The notes beneath the pieces are model-generated. The model did no database searches. It was not told the origin of the DNA and saw only the letters and a list, made by a program, of their open reading frames with translations. A stretch of DNA of 63,294 nucleotides, the filler included, from Platydemus manokwari (Eukaryota), in NCBI GenBank assembly GCA_037951405.1. It is 5 parts of 5 records of this genome, joined end to end, with 100 filler letters (N's around TTAATTAATTAA, not from the genome) between each part and the next. Parts side by side here need not be neighbours in the genome. Positions count along the whole stretch, not along the records: positions 1 to 16,166 come from JBBMOY011206987.1; positions 16,267 to 30,294 come from JBBMOY011549189.1; 3 more parts are not named here. One strand, 5' to 3'. A program made the translations under genes and the position numbers. Shown piece after piece: positions 14,401 through 28,100 of the stretch. Position 1 is the stretch's first letter; every line of letters starts with the position of its first letter.

Positions 14401-16166
14401 ATCGATTTGGATTTATTTGATTGATTAAATTAATTAATTATCTTTTATATATATTATTAAAGTCTAAATATTCATTAATAATGAGATGTATTTTACAATT
14501 CTTAGTTAAAAAATATTATCTTATTAAAACAGTTAACACAAAATTAATCTGAGTATTTCAGGCATTTTTAATTGATTAAACCGACTCTACAAATATTTAA
14601 TGTTTTTTAGCTATGATAAAGTTTTTATTGGTTAGTTTTTGGTATCCATTTTCATCAAAATTGTTGTTGTGATTTTAATTTCATTTATTAGAGGTTTGAA
14701 AATTTTCTTTTTCAAAGAAACTTCCGATTTTCTCATTAGCTTAACAAACCGATAAATCATTATTAAGAATGAAAAATTTACTGAAAACAGACCAGATTAC
14801 ATTATAAGTTATGAAATTGTCATCTATATGACAGAATTTTGGTTTTAAATTTATCATTTGAATTTGAGACGTTTTGAATTAAGAATAAAATTACAACGTG
14901 CTTTTTAAATTTTGCTTAAATATTGTGATAGTCGATGAGCGTCGATTTTATAAATGTTCTTTAATTCATAACCGCGTATTCATGGGTAAATTAAAATTTT
15001 AGAAAGAAAATCTGACAAAGGAAAATCTGTAACCAAAATTCTGCTGGTTATTACTGTAAAATAAAGACATAATAAAAAATGTTTAATAAATTAAATTTTA
15101 TCATATTTTACTGGTAAGAAATGAAATATATTTACATAGTTGTGACTAATAAACTAGCAAGCTATTTAATATTCAAGGCACTTCATTTGTGAAAACCTGA
15201 CTCAAACCAAATAATCAATAAACCATTGAAAACAAAATATCTGGTTCAAGTTAAGTAAGAGGTCACGTGACCTTAGTTCATTAAAATTAGGAATATTTTA
15301 GTTATATTTTTCTAAAATTCATGATACCATTTAATTTTAGGAAAAAAAATAATTTTATGGAAATTTTCTGTTAAGAGTGCACATGACATTTCAATTCTTC
15401 TTTATAATTATCTTCTTTATATTCTTCTTTATAAATATCTTGATTCCCCGGATTGATGAACAACATTGAAAGGTATTTAGTGCAATATTGATAACTAAGA
15501 CTTGGAAGACCGTTGTAAGACTTCAAATAAAATGAGTTATTTTCACATTCGGTTTTCAGGACTGAAAATCGAAACGCATTGAAGCTTAATAAATAATTTA
15601 AATATATAGCATTGGTAATAAAAATTAAAGTTGTAATTTTAAATCGATTTATAAAATAATTAGCTTAACTTAAGAAAAAGGATCCTTTGACCTACTTCCA
15701 TTATAATGAATTTTCGCGTGTGAGATAATTTTATATATAATTGTCATGTTTGATTTACTCGTTTAATTCAGTTAATATCTCATTATTTAAGGTGTATAAC
15801 AGTGACAAAACATGGTTTTAAAACCAAGTTCCCATTGTAATCAGAGCACTTTAATATGATTATTTGAGTTTTTAAATTTAAATGCTAATTTTCAATAAAT
15901 TCGAAATTGACTTAATTTGATCCGTTTTTCAAATAGTCAAATTTTCTGCTGAATTTACTATTTAATTGCATTTAAAATATAAAAGGTACTAGAGCTTATA
16001 AATCTTCTAAAAATTGATTATTTAAAAAAAAATGAAAAAAGTAGGGCGAATTGCAATTTATTGAAAATTATCGAGGACCCCTATTTTAGCATTAGAAGCA
16101 AATTGAGAGATATTCTCAATTTTTACAATTATTTTATAAAAATAACCAATGATATTATTAAACATA

Positions 16167-16266
16167 NNNNNNNNNNNNNNNNNNNNNNNNNNNNNNNNNN
16201 NNNNNNNNNNTTAATTAATTAANNNNNNNNNNNNNNNNNNNNNNNNNNNNNNNNNNNNNNNNNNNN
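16167..16266. other. Assembly gap with stop-codon linker; identical gaps at 30295-30394, 41591-41690 and 53001-53100
   Basis: 44 N + TTAATTAATTAA + 44 N, exactly 100 bp each time. Confidence 0.98.
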
Positions 16267-16751
16267 AGAGCTTCAAAATGACGTGTATGTTAATGATTTG
16301 CTACAGCACACACACAAGTGTTTACATCTGGTGTCAAATTCCGATTATTAAGTTATAGACCCAATATGATTTGGTGTCTTGACTTTTCTGCCCATTTTTA
16401 ATGTGCGGTTTTTCAAAATAGTATCAGCCTACATGGTAACCACAATTCTGGGTTGGATTCTGAAAAGAACAATGACTGGAAATGATGGAAAACAAGGAAA
16501 AGGATGTTGAGATTATGTAGAGAATATATAAGGAAGATAATATAGAAGATGTAGAGAAGATTTAAAACATATAGAAGAACCAGAGTTCTTTATGTAGATC
16601 AATATGTGTGCATTTGATACAATGACAATTGAGAATTTAATTTAAAACAAAGATTTTTAAAAAAGGCGGACGTGAGCATTTTAAATCGAATTAAAAGTTT
16701 GAATGAAATTTGATTTGATTTTAAAAGAGCGGTATTAATCAATTGTTAAGA

Positions 16752-16830
16752 CCGAATATTGTGATAATCGACCAAATATTGTGATAATCGACCATATATT
16801 GTGATAATCGGCAAAATATTGTATTAATTG
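16752..16830. repeat. 20-bp tandem repeat (CCAAATATTGTGATAATCGA), about 4 copies
   Basis: Visible directly in the sequence; a related single unit lies near 14920. Confidence 0.85.
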
Positions 16831-17199
16831 ATAATTTATCATCTAAACTTTGACAATTTCTACTTCTAATATTAAATCGATTTATTTGATTTATTTTTCT
16901 AATCGAGCTTGATCATTTCAAAAATAAATACATCAAACACCTTTAATGAAAGTTATATTTATGTACTGACTACTGTCAAACTGTTCAGAAATAATAAGTA
17001 ATTCTCTATTTAATGAAAATATCACAACCGAAAAGATTCCTGTTTTGTGAATTTCGTTACTGTGTTCAGCTACAAATTATCTGAAATATCATTACGTGAA
17101 ACAATTGTTATTCCTTTAAATGCTGTTCTTCAAAATGAGATGTCTGATTGAGAAAGTCAGGAAAGTAGATGCCACAGGGTGGAAATGATATCGTTGTAT

Positions 17200-20100
17200 T
17201 GAATTATTCATCAATATTTAATCTCTAAATATTAGATTTTTTACCCTCAATTTATCGATTAGACATATTACTCCGGAATTTTTGTCATTTGGTAACACAC
17301 TTTAGTATCCTGTAAGACTCTTTTAAAAGCTGTGAGAACAAGGCATTCTTAGTCGACATATTCTTGTAATTTAATTTTAATTGAAAGCTATTTTCGGGAG
17401 ATTCCACCAAAAAAATCAAATCAAATCAAAACAAAAATTATAAATTTATTTCTTAATTAGGAATTAATCGATTGATTCAAGTCTCTTTTAAAAACGTAAA
17501 GCAATGCTTTCATGTTTGGTAAATGATTAGATTATAACTAGATTAACGATCCACATTTGGTATATTGTGGTGCAGTTCTATTGGTAAGGTGGATCATCAA
17601 AAGCCTTTATTATTTAATCAAACAAAATCAATAATGTTTTTCAGATTAATTCCTTTTCAAATGAAAAACGAAAAAAGAAATTCAATGGGGAATGTATAAA
17701 TTTAGACGAAAATCTGACTAATTTTCGGAAGATTAATCTTTGTCTTCGTCGATCCTTTTCATAGAACCGATCGATGGAATAATTATTTTATACATAAAAG
17801 CATAATCTTGACGAAAATAGCAGTGTCTTTATCAGGATGCAAATAACTGTAACAACATGCTGAAAATATATCGGTAAAATACTTGACGGATAATTCCATG
17901 CGAATATATTATTTCCTGTGCAGCCTCGGAGTTATTTACTTTAACTGTAAATTGATTACCTCATTAACTACTGAATGGAAATTATATTCATAATGAACAG
18001 ATGTTCTTTTTGAGGTATTATCAGAACTAATGATGGGGAGAGATCATCACTAAACAAAGCATTGAGGTTTGATTTTCAGATATAGAATGACTTAAGACGT
18101 CGACAAAAATCCAGGTGACAACATCAGAATAATTTCTTCTTTCTCGATTAATTATAAATTTGATTTTTGATTATAAAAATCGATTTTGAGTGAAATGTGT
18201 TTCATATCGAACTTGTAATTCAATGTCCATGATATGTTTCTAATGATAACTAGAGCATAATCGATTGATTGTCTACATGTTATCATATATGGTTAATAAA
18301 CTATTAATAAATTTAGATCAATGGAATCAATATTCATCATTAGTTTATTTAAGAAATAAATCAATAACATTGTAAATTAATTTTTTAAAATTAATTAATA
18401 AATAAATTAATGATTGAAACAAAGAATCTAACATGATAACCAATAATATTAAATTTTTAAAATTATTTTTTCATTTATTTTAATCAATGTTGCTATGGAA
18501 AATAATCAAAAAGATATAACATGAAATTATAATATACATGTTGGATCTACCTGATGTATAGCACAGCAATATTCGTAATCTAATAAAACTAATCTGATTC
18601 CAAAAGACAAGTTGATGACATTGATTTATTAGTTATAACAATGAGCAAACTCTGTCTGAACATCAATAAAACACAACGGCTGAGTCCCTAAATAGTTTGT
18701 CAAATAAAAGCAAATCTAGTCCATATACCACTTATTGAGTAGAACATAAATCAACCCAAAACAGGGTCGACACACGATCCGAGAAGCATATATTCCGTGA
18801 GCCAATCATATTTAAAAGCTAAGATAGGCCCATATCTACAAGTGGCAGTAAAATAAAATATTCATCAATGGGATAAGAGATAAAAGGAAAATGTCAAGTA
18901 GGTTGATGTAGGAACAATTTCAGCAAATGGAAAACAAAAACCCGTAGCATCAAACAGGCACACTCAATAGGTCTGTAAAAGAGGTTGAGTTCCATGAGTA
19001 ACTCTGCCAGTCTTGTTTGGTTGATAACTTGTGTATTAATCCTGACTTTGTTTTCCTGTGTTGTTTTCAATAATCAGTCTTCTTGGTTTCATTCTATTCT
19101 CTCATTGGCTTTTGGGTGCTGATCCCATCTTGTGTGGTAGACTATCGTTCATTTGAGAAGAGTTTTAACTGTAGTTGTTGTGATTGAGATTTTAACATTT
19201 TGGACAATTTAATTTTCAGGTTTAAATTGCTGATTATAGCCCCCGACACACTTGATTAACGTTCCTGATATTTCTATTAATAGAGTAGATACTGCTACGG
19301 CGCAAATTTCACCGGCGTTTGTAAATACTATCACGTACCCTCACACGTTCTAAAAATGTATTGCTTACCGATTTTTAGACTAACTTCACTCGATTATCTA
19401 ATACAACCTCTATTCTAGAGTATCTTAAACTATTTCAATTTCATACTCTAACGATACTGGGGATTATTTTTCGTTGAATATGACAAATAAATTTTAAAAA
19501 ACCAATGAGATAACGTTTAAAATATTATTTTCTTACCTAATTGGCTTAATTTTATTTTCTGAAAATCAATTCCAATATTTTCTTCTCTTTGTAATGACTT
19601 ATTCTGTCTGATCACGATATAATACGAAATTGCAAATCCTAATCGCATTGTCTTCGTATTTATACCGGTTTACTTGTAGCACAGTGCAGTTAACCAATCA
19701 ATTTTATCTTCGTATGTGGGTTCACACTATTTTTACAAAATCCGTGGTTATCTATCCATAAATCTGTAAAATCACTTTACTAAATTAGCACTTTAGCCTA
19801 CATTTGTTCCAATTTTGTGACAGTTTCTCACTGGTCTAGAAATGGTGTCACTTCCATCATCAAAACAATGGCGATTTTTATTAATTTTAATATATAGTAT
19901 TTTCTTTTTATAAGCCGGAATCTTTAAAAACACACCTTGCTTATTCTTAAACTGATCTGTTTCACAATTTGACTGGTATCTTCTGTAGACAAATTACAGT
20001 GATCTTGTTTGGATGTTGTCCTTTTTTCAGTTGTCATTCAGTCTTCTATTTATGATAATAATTTGAATTATAATTATCGGAGTCAGAATTATAATTTAGT

Positions 20101-20600
20101 TTCCTATCTAGGTAATTTTTGAGACTTTATTGATTTTATTTTAGGATATTCTTCTAAATTTTTATGATTTCAAAATATATAAATTTCAGAGGTTGAGATC
20201 CATTACTTAGTATCACAATACTTAAAATAGATATCCAGTTATCTCGAGGGACGAAAAACATTTTTTGAAATCTTATCTGGCTCATATAAATTTACTATTT
20301 TAATACTGAAGAACAAGTCCAAGTCCTTCCATGAAAAATTCTATTTAAATCACAAATAACATTATCTCTGTATCAGAATTTCAAAATCAATAAGTCAGTT
20401 ACTGCATAAGGATGAACAAGCCATGCATTAGTTTGAAAATTCTCACCACTAACTTTAATTTGAATTATCAGTGACATGTACAGCTCTACGTTAAGGCATT
20501 TCCCAGAAATACATTAAGTAGTGCTCTCAAATAAGTTTCTACAGCTACACAAACACTTAGGATTGTAGTGTGCGGAACCACCCAAGTCGAGTCTAATGAT
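17200..20600 (-). pseudogene. Decayed divergent ionotropic glutamate receptor (iGluR/IR-like) gene with collinear amino-terminal-domain end, S1, M1, M3 and start of S2
   Basis: In order on the minus strand: LEITGYLF (~20240), HCFDDG...KIG (~19870-19810), WIDNHGF...HTKIKLIG...RYKYEDNAI (~19770-19640), TSKRTSV...FPF (~18010-17970), NNIFAW.YP...VTVICIL...YSIDRF (M1, ~17915-17760), DDPP...MWIVNLVII*SFT/NMKALL (M3, cf. [10 protein letters not shown], ~17600-17495) and RDLNQSINS. Many stops and frameshifts. Confidence 0.6.
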
Positions 20601-22048
20601 AAATACAATGAACGTAGATAACAGTGAACATTAAAAATAAATTTCAAAGATAAAAACGCTAAAATAGATATTTAAAAATTATAAATTTCTAATTTTTCCA
20701 AATTTATTATCTAAAGAATCAATTAAAAAAAATTAAAATTTTATCACAATGTTTTAATCAATTTATTTTAATATATAAAAAATAATTTTAATATTTAAGA
20801 ATAAGAATAGAAACATCCGTTGCAAAATATATTTTGCCATTACCAAAAGTAGAAATCCATTTAAAAATAGTACCAAAGTACTCCAACTATAGAAAGATGA
20901 TTCATGGTAACCATTATTAACATGACTCATGCATTAATATACAAGAATGATTTTAGCAAAATGATTTAGGTCGACAGCTGTCTTAACATTATTTCTATAT
21001 TTTTGAAAATTTTATCTTGCAAAAGAGTACTGCCTATTGGACCATTATCGGGATCATTCTTGGATGCTGCAACTTGAATAATGATTATTTATTTGTAAAA
21101 TATCGTTGCTTATCATTATGTTAAATTTATAAATGTAATTACTTAATTTTATTTTATTATAATTATAATTTATGATAAAATTTTATTTATTTTTATAATT
21201 TAATAATAAATAATTTATAATTTAATAAATAAATCAATAAATAAATAAAATTAACTTAATAATGAAAATTAATAAAATATTTTTATGAAGTACATGACAA
21301 CATTTGATTTTAAATGGTCAATATCAATGTGATAGATTATCGAAACTTACATAATCGTTTCAAGAAACTCTAGTTCATTAAAGAAAGTTCAGAGCTTGAA
21401 GTGGAATTTTATGAAATTGAAGTAGCCAGAAAAACATACTGATATCTGTTTAATATTTATGGTAATAAGTATTATTATTGAATATTATGATCGAGTATTA
21501 TCAGATCTGGAAATAGATAATTTTCAAGTACTACTGATAATTCTTAAGTATTGAAAATAACTGCTTGTTCCAAATGAATTAGCCGTTTATTTTCTAATTG
21601 TTTTTTTTTCTCTTTTTTTAAAAGCCAAACGTAATTTGGCCATTACTTGTTATTATCAGCTTTATTATGCCGTGGGTTTCTTTGATTCTTAAATATAATT
21701 CAATATTATATTTGACCTAATCGGATAAATCCAGGTTTCCTTTGTTGGGGCTGAAAATGTTTCATAAATATATTTGGCATCAAGATTCCCGATTTGTGGA
21801 TGAAAAGTGAATGAAAAGATAAAGGGAGATAACATTTTCCGGAATATTTAATTCTTCATATCATAAATATTGGCATAAAATATATAAATATACTTCATTG
21901 TTTTTTCTCAAAGTATAAATGATATTTTTATTAAATTTTTTCATTTTTTCTTATTTTCTTCTATTTTTCATTAAATTTTTTAATGATAATGTTTATACAA
22001 AATTATGTTGATATTTTTTTTGGATTTTTCGCATGTTTATCATATTTC

Positions 22049-22078
22049 TATTAGGTTGGTGCAAAAATAATGGCCGAA
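22049..22078 (+). mobile_element. Solo mariner terminal inverted repeat (Hsmar1/cecropia-type)
   Basis: TA + TTAGGTTGGTGCAAAAATAATGGCCG resembles the Hsmar1/MADE1 terminal repeat TTAGGTTGGTGCAAAAGTAATTGCGG; no partner end seen. Confidence 0.7.
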
Positions 22079-24113
22079 TCTCATGGGATCGAAAACCAAG
22101 ATTATGACTTCAGTTCAAAGTATTTCTAAAACCAACAGGTTTAATACTAATCGTTCAAAAAATAATAATCTTATCTCTATATTGGGTGATGTTTGTTCAA
22201 TAATCATAAAATAATTTATTATATTTTATGTTAGGAATATATTTTAAACAATCAAAATATTAACAATATTATTTTGTTATTTTTTCTACTCACATATTTT
22301 AAAGAAGAAATTTAAATCTGATTTCTTCTACTCAAATTGGAACCAACGGTACTCGGTGTCAATGTTTCCAATAAGCCAGGAATATAATTAGCTGTTTTCG
22401 GTAAATAAATATTGATAATAAATCACAAAGTAATCAGATTTGAACTATTTAAACCAAATTATGCTGGCTATCTAAATATAAAACCTAATTATCCAAAATA
22501 GAACACGAATATAAAGCATAATTTCCATGAAATAAAAATAAAATTCGTAATACCATAAATATAATATAAAATTCACAATACATAACTATAAATAATATTA
22601 CAACCAATGCTAGTAGTAGCTACTTCGCTTAAAATTGAGCATTCAAGTGAAGAAGGCATTTATCCGATTTTCTTAACTTTTATTTTATACAAACAATTCA
22701 AACAATTTTTAAACTCATTCAAATCCTTTTTTAAAAATCTTTTTCTAAAGAGCTTTATTTATCTTTATTAATCTTAACCAGGCATAGATAAAAATATTTA
22801 TATTATTTAATAATTATTTTATATCAAATAATTTACCAAAATTTCGAAATGCCATATTTTTTACTTTGAAACTTATTATTAAATTATTAAAATTTTAATT
22901 GAAAATTTTTTTATTAAAATTATCTTTTTAAATTATTATTAGTTTCTGTAAATTTTCCTCACAGCCACAAATTATTATACAAATTAAAAACAACCCTCAA
23001 TAATCGTTGTACTTAAAAATAGAAAAAAGACTTGATGAGATCAACAGATTGAATAGAGCCACAACTAAAGTAGAATCGCAAATATAGGTATTTTTGAAAT
23101 CAATTACTTAGCTGATGCACATTATTTTATCTTAAACGCGCATTCTAATTTTATTCCGTTTTCAAATTTCGATCTACAATAAAAATGCTATCAAATTACA
23201 AAATTACCGATTAATTACAGGGCTATTCAAACCCTTTTAATTAAAAAAAATATCTTTGTCTTCTTATTTTAAATCCCACAATATTCCTTTAGCGATAATC
23301 GAACTATATGCGATGATGTTCTATTACTGTTACACCCTTTTAATAGTCAGAATTTTCGTTATATCTCCTTGTTTTGTTCCTGTCTGTATCTCTGTGCTTA
23401 CTTTTTCGAAATCTGAATTTCTCGTGTTAACAAAAACTATTTTCCTATTACTGTTATTAGCCGAATTTATTTATTTATTTCCTTTTCACACCAAAAGTGT
23501 TTAAAATAAAGTCAACGTTCGTCATCATAAATAGTATATCCATTTCTATATGCCATGTGATCTTATTGGATCCTAGCTTGATTGATTGGCGAGACTGACT
23601 GGGTTAGATCTGACTTTAAAAGCTTGTTGATTTGGACGTGGATGTGTTGCTGTTTCTGTAACAGTAGGAGAAATAAAACCCCTGCAGATTTGAGGTTTTG
23701 AAAGTTGAAGTTCAATTCACAGTGAAAATATCATGACAACCCAACCACACATCCATCAACTGTTTCTGATTAAAGTAACCATCCACTCTATTCCAGTGTC
23801 AGTTGCTAGTTATGTTGTTATTTTATTATATATTTCATAGTTATCATTATTCGATTATTAGACCATTTTACTTGAGTCTTGGATCAACTATTTGATCAAG
23901 TTTGTTTTTCATCAAGTCCAATATGTTTCAATATATATTTTGATAACCAAATTCCACATCTTATATCTTCTATTTGTGGCTGTAGTTCATATAGTCCTGT
24001 CATACATTTTTTATCTTACCAAATTTCAGCTTGCAGTGTTCTATTGTCAACCTGGTCGATTTACATAAACCACCATTTGATTTTCTCTAATTTCAAAAGT
24101 AACAAGCGTTGAT

Positions 24114-24431
24114 GATTAATAATTACTCGACCGTAACAATGTTTCTTAAGATTACCGTAGATAAATAGAAATATTAATAAAGTGGTCGAAGTACTCATTG
24201 ACAATGGAAACATATTGATTAATAATTACTCGACCGTAACAATGTTTCATAAGATTTACGTAGATAAATAGAAATATTAATAAAGTAGTCGAAGTAGTCA
24301 TTGACAATGAAAACATATTGATTAATAATTACTCGACCGTAACAATATTTCATAGGATTTACGTAGATAAATAGAAATATTAATAAAGTGGTCGAAGTAA
24401 TCATTGACAATCTAAACATATTGATTAATAA
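24114..24431. repeat. Tandem repeat, 103-bp unit, 3 full copies plus a partial
   Basis: Units start at 24114, 24217, 24320 and 24423 (GATTAATAATTACTCGACCGTAACAAT...) with few substitutions. Confidence 0.95.
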
Positions 24432-25539
24432 GTTTGTGAGTATTTGCTAAATATGATATTTATAAATATAACGTATATTTAACATATACTTGTGATGTCA
24501 GTAAATATTTTAAAATATTTCTCAACACAAAATTATTATTAGTTTTTCAGTTATAAATGTCACAAACGTTGAGAAAAAAATAGCTCCAAATAAAAATTAG
24601 GATTCACACATATAAATAATAATATACAAATTCTTCTATTGATTTTCGACAATCTTAGATTTTTTTAAATTTTTCATACATTTTTGGAAAACATTTTCGC
24701 GTATCGATTTTCATGCGCTTCACAATTCTCTCAAATAATTTTAAAAAATGTTTTTCATTGATGTTGTCGAGTAATTTTATCTTACATTTAGAACTGATAA
24801 TATTTTAGATGGAGTAACTAGTCTGTGATGATTGCCATTCGATATTTATACAATTTATATTTTCATTTACATTAACTGAACGTTAGATCTAACTATTTCG
24901 TAATCATTATATGAATGATGTATAACTTTATCGTGTCAAATAATTACTAATAATCGATAAAATTTTTAATATTTATTATCAGAACCACAGAAATGTTTAT
25001 AAAATTTGTAAACTTTGATTGATTATTTATTATCTACAATCTTCGCAATGCTGACTTGTAAGTAACTAAATATCAGTCATTAAAAAAAAGATATTGATAA
25101 ATAGATATCATTATTTATGAATGTTGCAACTTTTAACAAACCGATTTGTATAAAACTGATTTTGTCATTTTCTATGCATGTCAACATCAAATTTATTTTT
25201 TACCATTAAGTTATGATATGAAACATTCTCGGTTGTGAGTGGTTTTACTGTGTTCATAACTATTAATAATCAATAAATATTAACACGTAGTTATTTAAAA
25301 TATTTATTTTTCGAACTAATTTAAAATTTAAATATTATTTCAGACAGATTAAATAAATAAAAAATTATTGCTATTAAAATCGGTGTGGCAATCTTAAGGT
25401 GACTGCAAGAACTCATGTATAAAACATACTAATTTAATTTATAGATTACAGAAATATTTAAGGAAATGGTTCGATAGTTTTGAGCATTTTTTACATATGA
25501 TTTTAACAATATTCAATTTACGAAAAGGTGTAGTGATTA

Positions 25540-25915
25540 CCGTTTTCTTTTCGTTTCGGTGGCAGGTGTAGCACGTCAATACTTTCGCACTTTTCCAATT
25601 TCGTCCTATATGCCCTGGATTTTGGCAATTATAGCACGTGCTATTATCTACCTTCCTTTCTAAACCCTAGGTTCTGGTTGTGCTCTGACTATCGTGGTCT
25701 ATTCTCTGACTCTAACCGCATTTATTTCTCCTTATTTATTTCTTACTTCATCTAGCTTTTTTACTGTTTTCTTTATTTGATTCACTTCCTCAATATCTCT
25801 CAATTTTATTTCTTTCTTAAGCTCCACATCATCTGCACAATCCACCAAGAAGAAAGCGATTAACTCTTCTTTAGTTATATTCTGAGACAATATGTTTTCC
25901 ACAATTTTACCTACT
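25540..25915 (-). mobile_element. LTR retrotransposon gag remnant with CCHC zinc knuckles
   Basis: KIVENILSQNITKEELIAFF...STCYNCQNPGHIGRNW...TCYTC (CX2CX4HX4C, last Cys mutated); in-frame stops. Confidence 0.75.
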
Positions 25916-27109
25916 TTTTAATAGTAATTATTTTAATGTTTAAAACTCAACTTTAATTTAGATCACATAACTAAACAGCCATGTTGAAAAATAATTAAAT
26001 TTTTTTGATTATTTGTCTCATTTATATTTTATTGAAATTTTTTCTGAAAATATTTGTTGTTGAATATATAATATGTTTTTTATTTTTTATAAAATAATTA
26101 TTAAAATCGTTCAAATTATTAATATTTATTGATCGAAAAATAGAATTGCATGGCTATCAGACATTTTTAGGAAATTTGTTAATGAGGAATTCTAATAATA
26201 TAATAAAATAATCCATTTCATATCAATCGCAGCCAATATCATGATAACAATCAATATATAACATTTGTAATATTATAAGTTTATTTGTTTATAAATTATC
26301 ATCTATAAATTTCCTATGTTATTGACAAATAGGTACGCCTTATCAAACAATCAATATAAATCGTTTTTATGAATATATCATATTATTCTTGATGAAATAG
26401 TGTTTGTGATTGCAGATCAGCAAATTAATCCCATCTTAATAAACACTCACGTTGTCTTCAATGTGCTTATCCTCATTTCATGATCAAATAATTTTATATT
26501 TTATATATTCATCATTTTTAAATAACAATCTAGATAATCAAAACAACATCAATAAATATATTTCAAGCATTTAATATTTAAAAATTATCTTCTTGTAATC
26601 AATAAATTAAATGACAAAATAATTGATTGGATCCTCTTGGTTAGCAGTTATAATTCATCAAGTTATAACTTTTGCCAGTTCCCAATCAGAATTGCGCAGA
26701 CCAAATCGTGAAAAATTCTAAAGTTAATAACGTATTTATATACAACAAAAATCTTAATGTTACCACAATATTTGAACACAAAAATGCATATCATTATAAA
26801 ATTTAAAAAAACATTGAAAAAAAGAAACAATCCTTGCTTCTTTCAATGATGTGCTTTCCCAAATTAGTATAAAAATATTTTATAGCTTGTATCGGTTACA
26901 GTGCTAATTCATGATTGTAATTACTATTGTAATTTTGTGTTTCTTTTTATGTACTTATCTAAGAATAAAGTTAATAAAATAGAAATACATAATTATGTTG
27001 GTTTTATGAATTTTTTATAATGCTAAGACTGGCACAAATCGAGAGATCTGAGATGATATTTCTAGAATTTAGTTCTTTTAATAATAATTAATAGTTTATT
27101 GATATATCC

Positions 27110-28100
27110 CTCAAAGAAAACGTCATTTAATGGTCAAGTAAATGGGTTGCTTATATTCAAATCAACTTTTAATAATACCATATTTTCCGTTTCAGCCTAA
27201 CAATGGTTTGACTGATTAATATATTAAATTAAATTAATGGTGTGTAGCAATATTTAAAGAAATTAGCAATATCTGAAATGTCACACCGGATTAGATTTTT
27301 TTTAATCACTATCATTGCATCCTAATAATTAAAATTTAAATCATCTAAATAGAATCCGTGTATTTAGAACTGAAAAATGGTATGTTTTCAAGTAATATAA
27401 TAGTAAAGTATTATTAATAATATATAATAAAAATAGCAACAGTAATATTATATCATGAATTTCACAAGTAACGCTAAGCACAAACAATAGATCGAATTAA
27501 CCCTCTGTTTACCTGAACATTAATACGCACACAATTTCACTCAACACAATTATTTAACAATAAAATAACAGAAAAAGTCATTTAGATAGAATTATTGTGT
27601 GTCAGCAATTCTGATAATTTTTAAAAATAGATCAAATTATCAATATTTATTGATCTATAAATAAAATTAAATAAATTGCAGAAAAGATTAGCAAATTTGT
27701 AAATTCAGATGAATAATAAAATAATAACGCATTGCTTTGCGTATCAATTATTTTTTTGAAAACGGTCGTTATATGAAATAGGTAACTTTAGGACAGGTGT
27801 TCTGTTTTATTATTTAATATCCAGAAATTGTATAATACTTGCACTCAATGATTTGAATGGCACAAAAACAAGGCCATTTATAAATTTGGTTATTAATATT
27901 ATAATTATCTGAACACTTGTTGACTGATTTTTACAAAATTGATATAGGCAGTATTATTATTATGGAAATATCTTACTATTTCTTCTGTAATACCTTTTGT
28001 CATTGTAGCTAAGGATGATATTACATAAATGTATTTAAAGATCAATAATTTCAAGTACGCACTGACAGTAATATGATGAAATTAAATTTATTTCTAATCT
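27110..28100 (+). pseudogene. Possible decayed iGluR/IR-like relic (end of the amino-terminal domain to S1 start)
   Basis: TSFNGQVNGLLIF, LYEIGNF and ISSVIPFVIVAK...NNFKY occur in the order expected for FxGxTGxIxF / xIGxW / PFVM..RYxG. Confidence 0.3.

Noticed and set aside
16211-16222. Recurrent TTAATTAATTAA palindrome
   Set aside because: Always centred in 100-bp N runs; an artificial stop-codon linker, not biology.
17545-17765. Plus-strand reading HLVYCGAVLL resembling a serine protease
   Set aside because: No catalytic motifs follow; the minus strand is better explained as iGluR M1-M3.
18489-18502. RFX X-box-like motifs (also ~55103)
   Set aside because: Imperfect, and not positioned upstream of the ciliary genes.
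24114-24431. CRISPR-like array, or ORF 24219-24419
   Set aside because: The whole unit repeats with no unique spacers, the context is eukaryotic, and the ORF is a by-product of the repeat.
26650-26720. NFSRFG reading suggesting an RFamide neuropeptide
   Set aside because: No dibasic cleavage site after Gly and no precursor or signal exon found.
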